A stretch of DNA of 64,000 nucleotides from Octopus vulgaris (lineage: Eukaryota), in contig OX597828.1 in NCBI GenBank assembly GCA_951406725.2, positions 47,492,001 to 47,556,000 of the forward strand. The letters run 5' to 3'. The notes under the pieces were generated by a model. That model was not told the origin of the DNA. It saw only the letters and a program-made list of their open reading frames with translations, and made no database searches. Below, piece by piece: positions 26,345-43,385 of this stretch. The position numbers were made by a program, and so were the translations under genes. Positions within the stretch are counted from its first letter, which is position 1; each line of letters starts with the position of its first letter.

Positions 26345-26556
26345 TACAAGGGATGTGCTGAAAGGTTCCTGGCTTTGAGTAGAAGAAAATACACTTAATT
26401 ACGATTTTATTCAACATATTCCCGTCTCAAGATTCATACTTATTGCTGCGAACCTTCAATATCACTAAGCCCTGTAAAAGAAATCGGAAAGTTGAACCTC
26501 CAGCCAGGCCTTTCCCGGAACCCTTAAAGCCAGGAAATTTTCAGCACATCCTCGTA
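26345..26556 (+). mobile_element. Mariner-type MITE (~210 bp)
   Basis: TIRs tacaagggatgtgctgaaaggttcctggcttt / aaagccaggaaattttcagcacatcctcgta, with TA ends. Confidence 0.8.
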
Positions 26557-26893
26557 GAGTATACCTACGGTTAACAAATATACTGTACCCTCAGTTAATA
26601 ACTACCGTGTACCCACGTTCAAAAAAAAATAAGCGTTCATGAGTGTCACATTTATAATTACATTTTTACATGACAATGCAAGTCCGTTGTTGTTATAATT
26701 CTTGTTGATGATGAATGTGATGATGGTGATGATGATATGCAGACGGAGGAAGTGGATGCAGTTGTTGTTCTTGTAGTTGTTGTCAATATAATTGTGATAT
26801 TGTTTGTGTTTTCCCTGTTGTAAATTCTCCTGCTACGGCTCAAGTTGTTGTTACTCGTGTTCATATTTTTCTTGTAGGTACTTCTGTATATGA

Positions 26894-26930
<37 letters not shown>

Positions 26931-27380
26931 GATGGTGGTGGTGGTAGTAGAGGTGATGGTAGTGGTGGTGGTAGTGGTGGTGGTGCTAACCACGACGTTG
27001 ACGGCAGCATGCGGAAGCGGTTGCAGCGATGGTGGTAGTCGCGGTAATGATCGTAGTGGTGTGGGGGTTAGTGTTCTTGTTGTTGTTGTTGGTGGTGGTG
27101 GTGGTGGTGGTGGTGACGGCTGCTGCTGTGGCGGTAGCGACGGCGGTGGTAGTGGTGGTGGTGGTGGTGGTGGTGGTGGTGGTTGAGGTGGTGGAGGCGG
27201 CGGCGGTGGTAGTGGTGGTGGTCGTGGTCGTGGTGGTCGTGGTGGTGGTCGTGGTGGTGGTCGTGGTGGTGGTGGTGATGTGGATGCTGCCCTGTTTAAG
27301 GGTCGGAAATTCACATGAGATGCATAATTGTGACTGGCGAACAACATGTGTTGGTGACAGAGGCAGTTAATGTGTTTTAA

Positions 27381-27439
<59 letters not shown>

Positions 27440-27694
27440 TACACAAACGCATGCATTCATATATACAAGCATATACACGCATTACATACAGACGCATGAA
27501 TGCTGAAAAGCATATTGCATACATGCATGCATGTATAGATGTGAATATTTGTATGCACGTATATATGTATGTGTGTGCGTGCGTGAGTGTGTGTATGTGC
27601 GCGTGTGTGTTCGTGAGTATTATATATATGGATCACATATATATGTACATATCAGCGGGTATCACAAATGTATATATATATATATATACACACG

Positions 27695-27876
<182 letters not shown>

Positions 27877-28057
27877 AAATTAATATAGACAGCAGTGTGC
27901 AATGTTTTACCAGAATGAAAACTATAATTGTCACTAAATATGATTAGTGTTAGAACACCTACATTGCTAGAAATAAGAGCTAAAACGCTCTAATGTTGTA
28001 GTTATATATATATATATATATACACACACATACACACACATACACTCACACACACAC

Positions 28058-28169
<112 letters not shown>

Positions 28170-28179
28170 GTATGTATAT

Positions 28180-28406
28180 CTCCTTCCGGTCTTTCAAAAT
28201 GTGACCTCGTGTGTACCGTTGGCGATATTTTATCCTCTGTCTTCCCTTCTCTAGATCTTTCCTTCTCCTATGTTTCCGACGAAGAGCTCCGCTCGAAACG
28301 TTAAACCCTCCTTCTTCCCTTCTTTTTTGAGCGTCCAATAATACTATATTTGTTCCACGTCCTCGCGTTGTTGTGTTTTTTTGTGTTTTCTTGTTTAGAT
28401 TAACTC
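28180..28406 (+). mobile_element. pLTR-like element with minimal hammerhead variant (28272-28306) in (TA)n
   Basis: GTTT-CCGACGA-A-GAG..CTC-GAAA-CGT-T-AAAC; an inverted homologue lies at 33694-33890. Confidence 0.65.
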
Positions 28407-28574
28407 TATATGTATATATATATATATATATATAGATATATATATATATCATATGAATATACATACATGCATATATGCATAATATACACACGCACACTCA
28501 CATGCGCATATATATTTATACACGCTCACATAAACGCACACACACATATATATATATGTATATATACATATATA

Positions 28575-28722
28575 GGACGGGCTTCTTTCAGTTTCCGTCT
28601 ACCAAATCCATTCCCGCGGCTTTGGTCGACCCGAGACTATAGTAGAAGACACTTGCCCAAAGTGCCATGCAGTGGGACTGAACCCGGAACCATGTGGTTG
28701 GTAAACAAGCTACTTACCACAC
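28575..28722 (-). mobile_element. SINE B, 5' half
   Basis: tRNA-like head plus CORE-like block. Confidence 0.75.
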
Positions 28723-28788
28723 AGCCACTCCTATACATTTATATATTCATATATGTATTTATACATATATGTATAATAAATATATATA

Positions 28789-28840
<52 letters not shown>

Positions 28841-29472
28841 GGAGAAAGAAAAGAAGGAAAAAGAAAAGAGGGTGGGATAAAAGAAGGAACCAGAAAAAGA
28901 GTGTAAGGCGGGAAAGGAGACAGAAAGAGGGAGAAAGAAAACAATGGAGAGAGAAGCGTCCATGACGTGAGGTAGGGGGAACTTAATATTTATTACATAG
29001 TTAAAAATGCTAGTTGAAGGTAGAGGAGGAGAGTTAACAATATAATCTTAGCAGAGGGGTGATGTTCTGATGGTGACGTTAAAGAAAGGCACACAGTGTG
29101 GGGGAGAGAGAAGGGGGAGGATGGTGATGTAGGGGAGATAGAGGTGATGGTGGTGGTGGTGGTAATTGGATACTGAAATCTGTATTTTTTTAGTTGAACT
29201 AAGTTTTGTATATCGCCTATCATTTAACGCAAGCGTCTAAGTGCAATTCCGTGAAATATTCTCGCTTATTTTCGTGGCATATATATGCAGTTTAACTCAA
29301 GGTTGTATCATATGTACGGGATATTTTTTTTCTTTATGGAGAAAATGGAAAAATAAGACTGAATATATATTTCATGAGTGCATACATGCATACATACAGA
29401 CACACACGCAGAAATACAAACACACACACGTTCTCATATATACATATATATACATATATATACATATATAAA

Positions 29473-29830
29473 TACAGGTTGATTGAAAAGTGACTCCCTA
29501 TTTCAAAACATTTATAAATAATTTATTAATTGTAATTTTTACAAAGAAACGGATAGGAGAGGAAGCTTTTAGTATGAGCTTTTATATAAAATTCGATATA
29601 GTCTCAAGATGTCACTACTAACTTCTTGAGTCGTCCAGAAATTACTTCAACTGATTTCACCAAGGCCTTTATTGGGATGTAAGACATAACTTCCCATATT
29701 CACCTTTCAAGTTCTTCAATGGGTTTTGGATTGGTACAGCAGACTTGTTCCTTTAACAAACCCCAAAGAAAGAAGCCACAGTGTGTTAAGTCGGAATTCC
29801 TGGCTGGCCAATCGTGCAGACCAAGATGAC
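29473..29830 (-). mobile_element. Tc1/mariner transposase C-terminus with terminal sequence
   Basis: DWPARNSDLTHCGFFLWGLLKEQV...PKPIEELE (consensus WP.RSPDLTP.DFFLWG.LK..V); TA-CAGG end at 29473. Confidence 0.7.
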
Positions 29831-29933
29831 ACATGAGAAAAAAAATAATGATCAATAAATAATTTAGAAGTATAAATATGGAGTTACTTTTCATCAACCT
29901 GTACACACACATATATACACACACACATACACA

Positions 29934-30037
<104 letters not shown>

Positions 30038-31934
30038 AGAACAAGAGAAATACACATACAGACAACTGGTAATGCACACACAAACACACCCACAAACATA
30101 CATAATACATATGTGTATATATGTATGTGTGTATATATATACGTGTGCATATATATATATATAAAGGAAATAGCCTCCAATACGCAATTTAATAGTGAAA
30201 GACATATATTATACAGAAAAAATTTAAATATACTATAATAAATATTCAAATCAATAAATCAATAAATTCAAAATCAATAAATTAAATAAACTAGTACTTA
30301 ATTTATTAATTTATTATTTCTCTTAATTATATACATACATTATATATTGTGAAATTTGATTTAGAATTGTTAAATTGAATTTTTCCCTGTAAGTTTGGAA
30401 TCATATTTCCAACTATTATATATATATATATGAAGTAAAAGGAATTAAAAGATCCAGGCAGATATCTATAAAGCACTATATTGACCTTTAGGGACATCGT
30501 ATTTTATTATGCAACCATAATATGCTACAAAGTATATTAAACGCTTTAATAAGTCAATACCGTGTTCTACTGTGTTAGCAGTGCTATTACATCATTTGTT
30601 AAGGTTATCTCTGCAGATTTTCTATAGAAATTATAGCCAGCCCTGATTTTGTTACGACTGTCACCACTACACAAATATCACTGTTTATACCCACTTTACA
30701 ACTAAGACACTGTCCACTGCCAGCCACCACTATTTTGTAAGTACCACCGTCTCCGCAACCTTCATCACCACAAGAAGTATCGCTACCATTACAAGCACCA
30801 CTACCACTATCACCATACCACAACCACAAACACCACCGCCATCACCACCACCAATAACAATAAGCACCACTACCACCACCACATCACAACTACCATCACC
30901 ACCACTGTACTGCAACCATCACACGAATGATACATCACTCCGACAGGCATCAACACCACCACGTTCACAGACAACGCTGCATCGTTTTTACCACCACCCC
31001 CGCCTATCCACGACCATCACGTTTAGGGCTCCAACGCTACCACTACTACACAAACCACACCACCACCACCAACAACAACAACGCTAACGTTACCACAGAC
31101 TCCCCCAACCCCAGGGCATGTAACACCGCCATAACATTACGACTAGCCCCAACACCACAACTACTGCACACACCGCCGCCGCCGCCGTCACCACATTCAC
31201 AGGAAACACAACCATCGTCAACACCACCGCCACCATCTTAGCACAGTCAACACCCCGCCATCGTTTCGGGCTCCAACGCTACCGCTACCACCCGAACCCC
31301 GCCAACACACAGCCAACAACAACAACAGCAGCAGCACAACCACCGCCGCAGCCGCCGCCACCGCCACCACCACCACCACCTCCACGAAATACCATCCTCC
31401 CGTTCCCACACACACAGTGACACGCGCAAACAAGAAGGAACAATCGGTCTATTAGACGCAAAATAGACCAGTTGCCTAACACTGCGTCATCCGGGCAATT
31501 AGCTAACGAGATTAGGGCGAGAAAAGAACGAGGTTTTCTAATGCACATTTTAACCTCGTTAAGCAAGCGTCCTTTGCTCTATCCAGCGCCATTTTGCTCG
31601 CCTTCCGTATGGATTAACTGCATCTCTTTGTCTCTTCTACATCAAACATAATTGAAGGTTTGTTTCATTGTGAAACACTATCAGTCGCTTGACCAGACCA
31701 GATTTTATTTCTGCACTTCCCATTACTACCCACAGTCTTTCTCCCTACTTCCCACCCTCCCTTTCTTTGTCTCTTTTGTCTCTCTCTCTCTTTTCTCTCT
31801 CCCCCCTCTCGCTCTCTTCCTCTATGCATGTGTATTTGTGTATATCAATTTATGTTTGTATGTACTTATATAAGTTTGTATGTTAACAAATATATGTATA
31901 TGTATGTATGTATTTATGTATATTTGTATGCATG

Positions 31935-32039
<105 letters not shown>

Positions 32040-32460
32040 TTTTACACACACATACACACACTCATAAATGTGTGTGTATGGTAGAGGTATATAAATGTGT
32101 ACGTGTTTTATGTGTGCATGTATGTGTGTGTAAGTGTTTATGAGGGCGTATGTACGCATTCATATGTGCATCACTACCTAAAGACCACACAATATAGGAA
32201 ACTGTATGTATGAATATATGTGTGAGTGTGTGTATGTGTGTTTGTGTGTTTGCAAGTGTGTGTATTTGTGTGTGTGTATTTGTGTGTGTGCATGCATACA
32301 TGTGTACATACCCACATACGCGTTTATCTGTACATGCGTTTGCGACATTAATTAGACAGACCACGTGTGTATATGTATGAGCATGCATTTCTACGCAAAC
32401 AAGCACATATATATATATATATATATATAAATATATAAATATATATATACATATATATAT

Positions 32461-32493
<33 letters not shown>

Positions 32494-32630
32494 ATAAAAA
32501 CTTACTTGGAGAAATAAGAAAGTGACGCGAGGCGTTCAATCATATAATAACAATTTAACAAATAAAACATATGCATACATACATACATACATATATGTAC
32601 ATACTTACATCTATATGTATATATACATGC

Positions 32631-32711
<81 letters not shown>

Positions 32712-33572
32712 TACTGGACACCACAAATAAACGTAGGACACAACGAGAAACGAAAACATAAAAACAAACAAGGAAGCGAACTTTTCTTTTAACAACGAAA
32801 AAACAGAGTACGAGACAAACAATACAAGGAATATTCCCCTTCATCAGCTGCCCCTGGTTCGACTCAATGCGTGTTTCGGGTATATTCTGTTAAGAACCTA
32901 GTAGAGTACAGTATAAAGTTTTACCCTGTGCTATCCAGTTGTAGTATTATACATATTTCCATGTTTGCGTTTGGGCAGTGTGTGTGTGTGTGTTGTCTAT
33001 GTGCATGAAAATGACATAGCATGCTGTTTCTTTTAATTACCGTATCTTAACGTGTATAAAGAACTCCCTAATTGGGGGGGTGGGGCTTAAAATTTGGAAA
33101 AATGGTTTTCTAAGGGATTATAATACTATCTATAAAAAACTCCCATATTTTCTTAACTTAATTTTTGGTAAAAAAAAGAGTTCCTTATGCGCATTAAAAT
33201 AAGGATATTTGATTGTTACATGATTTTATCGAAGGTTAAAAAGTTACAGCATCAGCGACCATTTTCAGAGACACCGAGAAATTGTACTTATATTATCAAC
33301 CCCCACCGGATGAGAGAAAAAGTCGACACCGCTGGGACTTAAACTCAGAACGTAAAGACGGACGAAATACCGCTAAGCCGTTTGTTCGGCGTGGAATTGA
33401 TTCCACCAGTTCGGTGCCTTCCAATTATCACATTAATGATACGAAGAATGATTTGTTTATTTCCCCGCCAATTTTCAGTTACTCGAACAAATCCATCTAA
33501 ATGGAGTAAGCCTGAGGAAGTAGTGTGAAAAGCACGAAACCTAGGGTAGCCACAAGGATAACTTTATGGATT

Positions 33573-33636
<64 letters not shown>

Positions 33637-33655
33637 TGTGTTTGTGCTTGTGTAT

Positions 33656-33693
<38 letters not shown>

Positions 33694-33698
<5 letters not shown>

Positions 33699-33887
33699 TA
33701 ATCCAAACAAGAAAACACAAGAAAACACAACAACGCGAGGACGTGGAACAAATATAGTATTATTGGACGCTCAGGAAAGAAGGGAAGAAGGAGGGTTTAA
33801 CGTTTCGAGCGGAGCTCTTCGTCGGAAACACAAGAGAAGGAAAGACAGAGGAAAAAAATCGCCAACGGTACACACGAGGTTACATTT

Positions 33888-33890
<3 letters not shown>
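33694..33890 (-). mobile_element. pLTR-like element with minimal hammerhead variant (33795-33829) in (TA)n
   Basis: Reverse-complement homologue of 28180-28406, with (TA)n on both sides. Confidence 0.65.
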
Positions 33891-33961
<71 letters not shown>

Positions 33962-34184
33962 TGGGGGACGGGTGCATGTGTTATACCTTGTTAAACCTTC
34001 CCGTCATTTCTTTTTAAACTTGTGTAGGATTTTGGTCAGGCGATGACTTAAGGCAATTTCTTAGGTCCGTTTGTTTCAGTCCCCACCTCCATGGGAAAAG
34101 GTACTTTCTGTAATTTCTTAAAATTAGTTTTGTACTGCATGCGCGAGTACGTGTGTAGATACAGAGATATAGACATACATACAA

Positions 34185-34330
<146 letters not shown>

Positions 34331-34364
34331 GGATGGATAGATAGGTAGATCGGTAGATAGATAT

Positions 34365-34431
<67 letters not shown>

Positions 34432-34463
34432 CGAATACACACACATATATATATATATGTATA

Positions 34464-34503
<40 letters not shown>

Positions 34504-34814
34504 GTTGTTGTTGTTGTTGTTGTTGTTGTTATTGTTGCTGTTGTTGCTGTTATTATCAATGCTATTATTATTATTATTATTTGCCAGGTTTTACAGAGGG
34601 ACACAAGTGCCTAGTTTTGTGCCTTGGCACTTAACATTTATCACATATATATATGCAGTCATGTTTTAGTTCTACTTTTCCTATTCTATTACCAAACCTA
34701 CATACATACATACACGCGCGCTCGTGCACGCACGCACATACATACATACATATACATATACGTATATACAAACATACACACACATATATATATACATTCT
34801 TACATATATATGTG

Positions 34815-34896
<82 letters not shown>

Positions 34897-34914
34897 TACA
34901 TACATACATATATA

Positions 34915-36649
<1,735 letters not shown>

Positions 36650-36680
36650 CTGTATTCAGAGATGTATATGTATATATGTA

Positions 36681-36762
<82 letters not shown>

Positions 36763-36766
<4 letters not shown>

Positions 36767-37058
36767 TAATACTAAGTAATTAAGGGTTTAGCAACGAATT
36801 GCCTCACCAACACACCGAATTTAGAAATAGCAGTCAAAGAGATATAGCTATCCCCCTTTTAGTAGAAGGAATAGCTATATCTCTTTGACTGCTATTTCTA
36901 AATTCGGTGTGTTGGTGAGGCAATTCGTTGCTAAACCCTTAATTACTTAGTATTACTTAAATTTTCCTCGAATGGGGCTTTTACATACCGAAATCTACTT
37001 GGTGTAATTGATAATTATCCCTAATTAATTAATTTCACCCTTTTATTATTACTGATAA

Positions 37059-37061
<3 letters not shown>
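36763..37061. repeat. Perfect 89-bp inverted repeat (36763-36851 / 36871-36959) plus 100-bp extension, in (TA)n
   Basis: The arms are exact reverse complements with a 19-nt spacer. Confidence 0.85.
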
Positions 37062-37123
<62 letters not shown>

Positions 37124-38213
37124 TGTATGTATGTATGTATGTATGTATGTATTGATATAGATGTTTATATTAGTCACTGGACAACAGCGCAATTTTGGCG
37201 TGCCCAAAGATTTAGAGTCAATTATATCATATTTTGTCTGCTATTTATTTCAGAGTTCTAGTTTAAACCGATTCCCATCATTCGAGAATGTTCAAATGGC
37301 AGTTTATGTTGCAGCTTTGTTAATAAAGTTGCTTGCAGCTAGCTTTAGCTACTGCAGCGGAGGAAAGTGAGCACTAAAATTTTACATGCCGGTCCCATGG
37401 GTCCAATCTGCAAAGATTATAGTGTTTCGACTTTGATGACTGTAAATGGCTCTCTGATAGCTCGGATGTGTTTAAGGTATCCAAAAGAATAGGGCCCTTG
37501 TGACTGAAAACGAATAGAATCCTGCACCACTTCTTTAGAGATGTTACCGGCATTTTAATTCAAGTTATACTTGATTGAGATATTTCAGATCCCGAAACAA
37601 CCAGTAACATCATAGAATACAAACATCTCTGCTGTTAAACGGGGTTGTTTTGTCTACGAGGTTCGAGTTTATTGGAACACAGATGTGTAGAACTTTAGAT
37701 ATGAGATAAATTAGGACAAAGATCTAGACTTATTTTCGTCTCTCGATTGGAATGAGTGTAAATAATGGTAGTAGCACACTTTAAAAGTGTTTGTTGTTAG
37801 CTCCAAATAATGTCTCTCAATATAATCAGTTGACTTTATGGTTGCTTCGTTTTAAGAGACACAATCTTCTATGCCGCAAATTACAGTATTTCTGCTGCTG
37901 AAACTTGGTTGTTGTGTGTGGAATGTTTTGGTTTATGTTTTTAAGTTGTGGTTTCGTTACACACAGAGACACACACAGCGCCACTGTGTTATTCCAAGTT
38001 TCACGGGCTCTATATTTTTCGGACACATTCTCTCCATATATTTTTGTTTCAAGTTTTTATCGTTTGATCTTGGGCTGCTACAATTAGGCTCCTTGTTTCT
38101 TTTTTATAAATTGCCTCTTTTTTAACCAAGCCCAGGATTTTGTTCCACAAATGTCTTCAGTAGCTCTTCAGAACTGGCTATGCAGAGATTTCTCGTCGCT
38201 TTGTCTGACGTGG

Positions 38214-38307
<94 letters not shown>

Positions 38308-38351
38308 CATTATTATTGTTGTTGTTGTTGTTGTTGTTGTTGTTATTATTA

Positions 38352-38775
38352 AGTCAGCGAGCAGGCAGAATCATTAGCGCACCGGGCAAAATTTTTAGCG
38401 GTGTTTCGCCTATCGCTACGTTCTTAGTTCAAATTCCGACAAGGTTGACTTTGCCTTTCATCATTTTGGGGGTCGATAAATTAAGTATCAGTGAAACACT
38501 GGTATTGATGTATTCAACTAGTCCCCTTCCCCCAAATTTCAGGCCTTATACCTTTAGTAGAAAGGATTATTACTATTAATATCATTAGAATGGAGAGTTA
38601 GCAGAATCGTTTATGGTTTCGGACAAAATGCTTAGTGGCACTTAATCCGTATCTACATTCAGAGTCGACTTTGCCTTTCATCCTTGTCGTTGTAGATAAA
38701 ATAAGTACCAGTAATTGACTAACCCTACCCCGCGAAACATTCAAGCCTTGCGCTTATAGCAGAAAAGGATAAGTT
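38352..38775 (+). mobile_element. Two SINE A alternative-tail copies
   Basis: Family A core; tails ..aggccttatacctttagtagaaaggatt and ..agccttgcgcttatagcagaaaaggat. Confidence 0.7.
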
Positions 38776-38788
38776 ATTATTAATAATC

Positions 38789-38814
38789 GCAGCAGCAGCA
38801 GCAGCAGCAGTAGC

Positions 38815-38888
<74 letters not shown>

Positions 38889-38940
38889 GGGGGTGGGTAT
38901 GGGGGGGTGGGGGTGGCAGTAGTAGTACCAGCAGCAGCAA

Positions 38941-39007
<67 letters not shown>

Positions 39008-39056
39008 GGGGTGGGGATGGGGGTGGGGGTGGCAGTAGTAGTACCAGCAGCAGCAA

Positions 39057-39111
<55 letters not shown>

Positions 39112-39190
39112 GGGGGTGGGGATGGGGGGTGGGGGTGGCAGTAGTAGTACCAGCAGCAGCAATAGTAGTAGTAGTAGCAGTAGTAGTAGC

Positions 39191-39243
<53 letters not shown>

Positions 39244-39245
39244 CT
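38789..39245. repeat. (AGT)n tract with three G-rich higher-order units
   Basis: ggggtggggatgggggtgggggtggcagtagtagtaccagcagcagcaat-like unit repeated three times. Confidence 0.75.
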
Positions 39246-39811
39246 GTAGTGGCATTGCTTGCTCTCGTTCGTATTGGTTGTTACTGTGGCTGTTAATCTA
39301 TTTCAAGTTACGTTAACGAATTGAAAGAATGATTCACTTTTCATTTTAACACTCTCGGTTGTGGTGGTGGTGGTGGCGGTGGCGGTGGTGGTGGTGGTGG
39401 TGGTGGTGGTGGTGGTGGTGGCGGTAGTGGTGGTGGTGGTGGTGGTGGTGGTGGTGGTGGTGGTGGTGGTGGTGGTGGTGGCGGTAGTGGTGGTGGTGGT
39501 GGTGGTGGTGGTGGTGGTGGTGGTGGTGGTGGTGGCGGCGTCATCAGTACTGCCGGTAACAATTATATCGGTGGTGGCGTATTCAATTTATATTCGTTTA
39601 AATGCTAATATATGCTTTAAGCTATAGACTCATAGAAATACACACGAACACGCAGACGCATATGCATACATAGATACATACACACATACACACATACACA
39701 CATACATACACATGCAATTACAAGAATATCCATATACATACATGCAGATATATACTCAGCAACATACACACGTGAGCACACGCATCTCTGTACATGTATA
39801 CATACCTGCAC

Positions 39812-39843
<32 letters not shown>

Positions 39844-39847
39844 ATAT

Positions 39848-39929
<82 letters not shown>

Positions 39930-39988
39930 CATATATAAAACACACACACACGTGTATGTATGGAGGGTAAAGAGAGAGAGACAGAGAC

Positions 39989-40033
<45 letters not shown>

Positions 40034-40567
40034 GACGCCGCGATAATAATGCCCACACGAACGAAGATACATGCTAGCACAAGCACACTCTACACACAAA
40101 CGTATATACGCAGAGTAAATGTTATTATTAGCGTAAAGTATCTAAAGCGTTTGATACGCGTTTGTACCGGAATGTAATACTACCTTATAAACATACATGC
40201 ATACATGCATACATAAATAAATAAATAAATAAATACAAGCCTATATATATAAATACACAGCACGCATACATACATACATACATACATACATACATACATA
40301 CATACATAGATATATACATACATACATACATACATACATACACACATAGATCTATGCATACATGCTTTAAAAAAGGCCTGAATACATACAGCCAGGAAGA
40401 CACATGTGTGTGTGTGTGTGTGTATGTGTGTTTGTGTGCGTGTGTGCGTGTGCGTATGTGTGTGCGTGTGTGTGCGTGCGTGTGTGTGTGTGTGTGTGTG
40501 TGTGCGTGTGGGTGCGTGCGCGTGTGTGTGTGCGCGTGTGTGTGTGTGCGTGTGTGTGTGTGTGTGC

Positions 40568-40617
<50 letters not shown>

Positions 40618-40802
40618 GTGTACGTGTGTGTACGTGTGTGTGCATATTCGTCTATCAGTATGTTTGCTTGTGTGCGAGTATATACATACATGCACGGTAT
40701 ATGCATACATAAAAATTGCAAACATACAAATATACATCGCAGAACCATAGATACATATACATTTATATGTATGCGTGTGTGTATATATCTATACATGTAT
40801 AA

Positions 40803-40875
<73 letters not shown>

Positions 40876-42446
40876 CATACACACATGCATACATACATTC
40901 ATGCATACATATAGATACTTGCTAAAGAATCAAGCGAATTAATAGCTAGATTGTGTTACAAGGCGACTATTTGCAAACTTGCAACGGTTATCACCAATTT
41001 ATTCTACATTGCAACAACCAGCAGCGGCAACTGGTGTGTCTATTTTGTGTTTGCTGCTATTTTGTTGTTATGGTTTTCTTTGCTATTTTGTTAGGTTTTC
41101 TTTGCTTTACTTAGTTGTTTTTTTTCTGTTTCTGTTTCTGTTTTTTTTTTTTTTTTGGCTTCCATTAAGATGTTCGCTGCCTCCAAGGTATTTCCTTTCC
41201 GTAAACACAAGTCGATCCGATGATCAAACATCGGTAAATCGTGCAAGACACAATGTTGATACAGGATCCCAACGTCTACATATATGTGAACGTGTGTGTG
41301 TGTGTGTGTGTGTGTGTGCATGTATAGATATGCATATTTACACATGTATACCTGTGCATGCCTATAGTAATATATGACTAAAAATATATATACGTATATA
41401 TACATATATGCATATATGCATGCGTGTATGGATTTATTTCTGTCTATATGCATATTTGTTGCATATATAATACATATATATTCTATATATATTCATGTAT
41501 ACATACATATGCACATATATATATATATACACACACACATAAACATATATATATACATATAAATATATATACATATATTTACATATATACAATATATATA
41601 TACATATACGCACATATACATATATGTATAATATATGCATATATAAATATATATATATATATCCATATATATTCATATATATATATATCCATATATATAT
41701 ATCCATATATATCCATATATATATATATATATCCATATATATATATATATACCCATATATATATATCCATATATATATATATATATACACACACATAAAT
41801 ACATACACACGTGTTTGTGCTCTCTTTTCATCCCTTTTTCTCATTTGCTTAATTTTATTTAAATGTGTTCTTATTAAATATTCAGCCATATCTTTACAGT
41901 TGCTGTTGTTGTTGTTGTTGTTACCGCATTTATCTTGATGAATGTTATTGTATACATTGTTGCTGTTGCTACTACTGTTGTTGTTCTTGCTATATTATTA
42001 TTATTATTATTGTTGTTGTTGTTGTTGTTAGTGATGATGGTGTTACTTTTATGGCCGTTACTACAATTCTTCTTATTATTATTATTGTTGCTACTGAAAT
42101 TATTTTTGTTGTTGATGGTGTTGTTGTTGTTGTTGTTGCATGTTTCCCACCGGTGGCGTTTTTAGGTTTTATCTGTTTACTTCTTTTGGTTGTTTGTTTG
42201 TTTCTTTCTTTCTTTCCTGGGCATTGATTTCAGATGTATTTCAGTTTTGTTGATTACCCGCCTGTGTCTTCCCCCATCCTCTTCTTCCTCCCCCCCTTCC
42301 ATCTCTCAATTCGGTCTTTGAAAAACAGTCTCGGCGTTGTTTGTTCTATCGTTTCCTTATCCAGCGTTACATTCCGTGTATTTATTTGTTGCGCTTAGTT
42401 AATTATTCCTTTGTTTATTTATTTATTTAGTTACCTGCTTATATAT

Positions 42447-42477
<31 letters not shown>

Positions 42478-42533
42478 TTTCTCTTTCAGCTTAATCTTGT
42501 CTTTGTCTCTCTCTCCCCATCTCTCTCTCTCTT

Positions 42534-42572
<39 letters not shown>

Positions 42573-43236
42573 CAACCTTACTTTCTACACTCCACTTCTC
42601 TCACTCATTGTTTGCAGTCATAATTCCAATCTACTATTTGTATACTTGCCCCTCTATCTCTGTTTCTTTCACACGACTCTCAATATGTGTGTGTGTGTGT
42701 ATGGTGTGTGTGTGTGCAAGTGCATGCATGTGTTTGTGTGCACGTATATGCATGTGTGTGTGCGTGTGTGTGTGTATGACTATATACAATTACGAATTAA
42801 ATTCAGCGCTAGTATCATGAACATTATCGACCACACATACTCAACGTCTGTGTTTTGCTTGTTCACCGGTTTGTTGCAGTGTAGCGCCTTGAGGACGACT
42901 CTTTCATAAGACTGGATGTTAAAACGCCTGAAATCCATAGACAACTCCACCCACCACAGTCCCACTTCATCATTTTTTGGTTTATCAACATGAATCGTAA
43001 CTGAATCGAACCGAGGACACACTGAATCACCATTCTATGTCTATATACACAGCAAAACACATACGTAAAGTATGCACGGTTGATCATGTTTACAACCCTA
43101 GCGCTGCATTTATATTGTGATTGAATTTAATCATACGTACGCGAAACACATACATTGAGTATGTGAGATCGATAATGTTTGTATATATATATATATATAT
43201 ATATATACAAACATATACATATGCACACACATATCC

Positions 43237-43385
<149 letters not shown>

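Noticed and set aside
37180-38130. Possible decayed DNA-transposon or coding remnant
   Set aside because: Only a weak DxTHGT-like word on the minus strand, with no sustained frame
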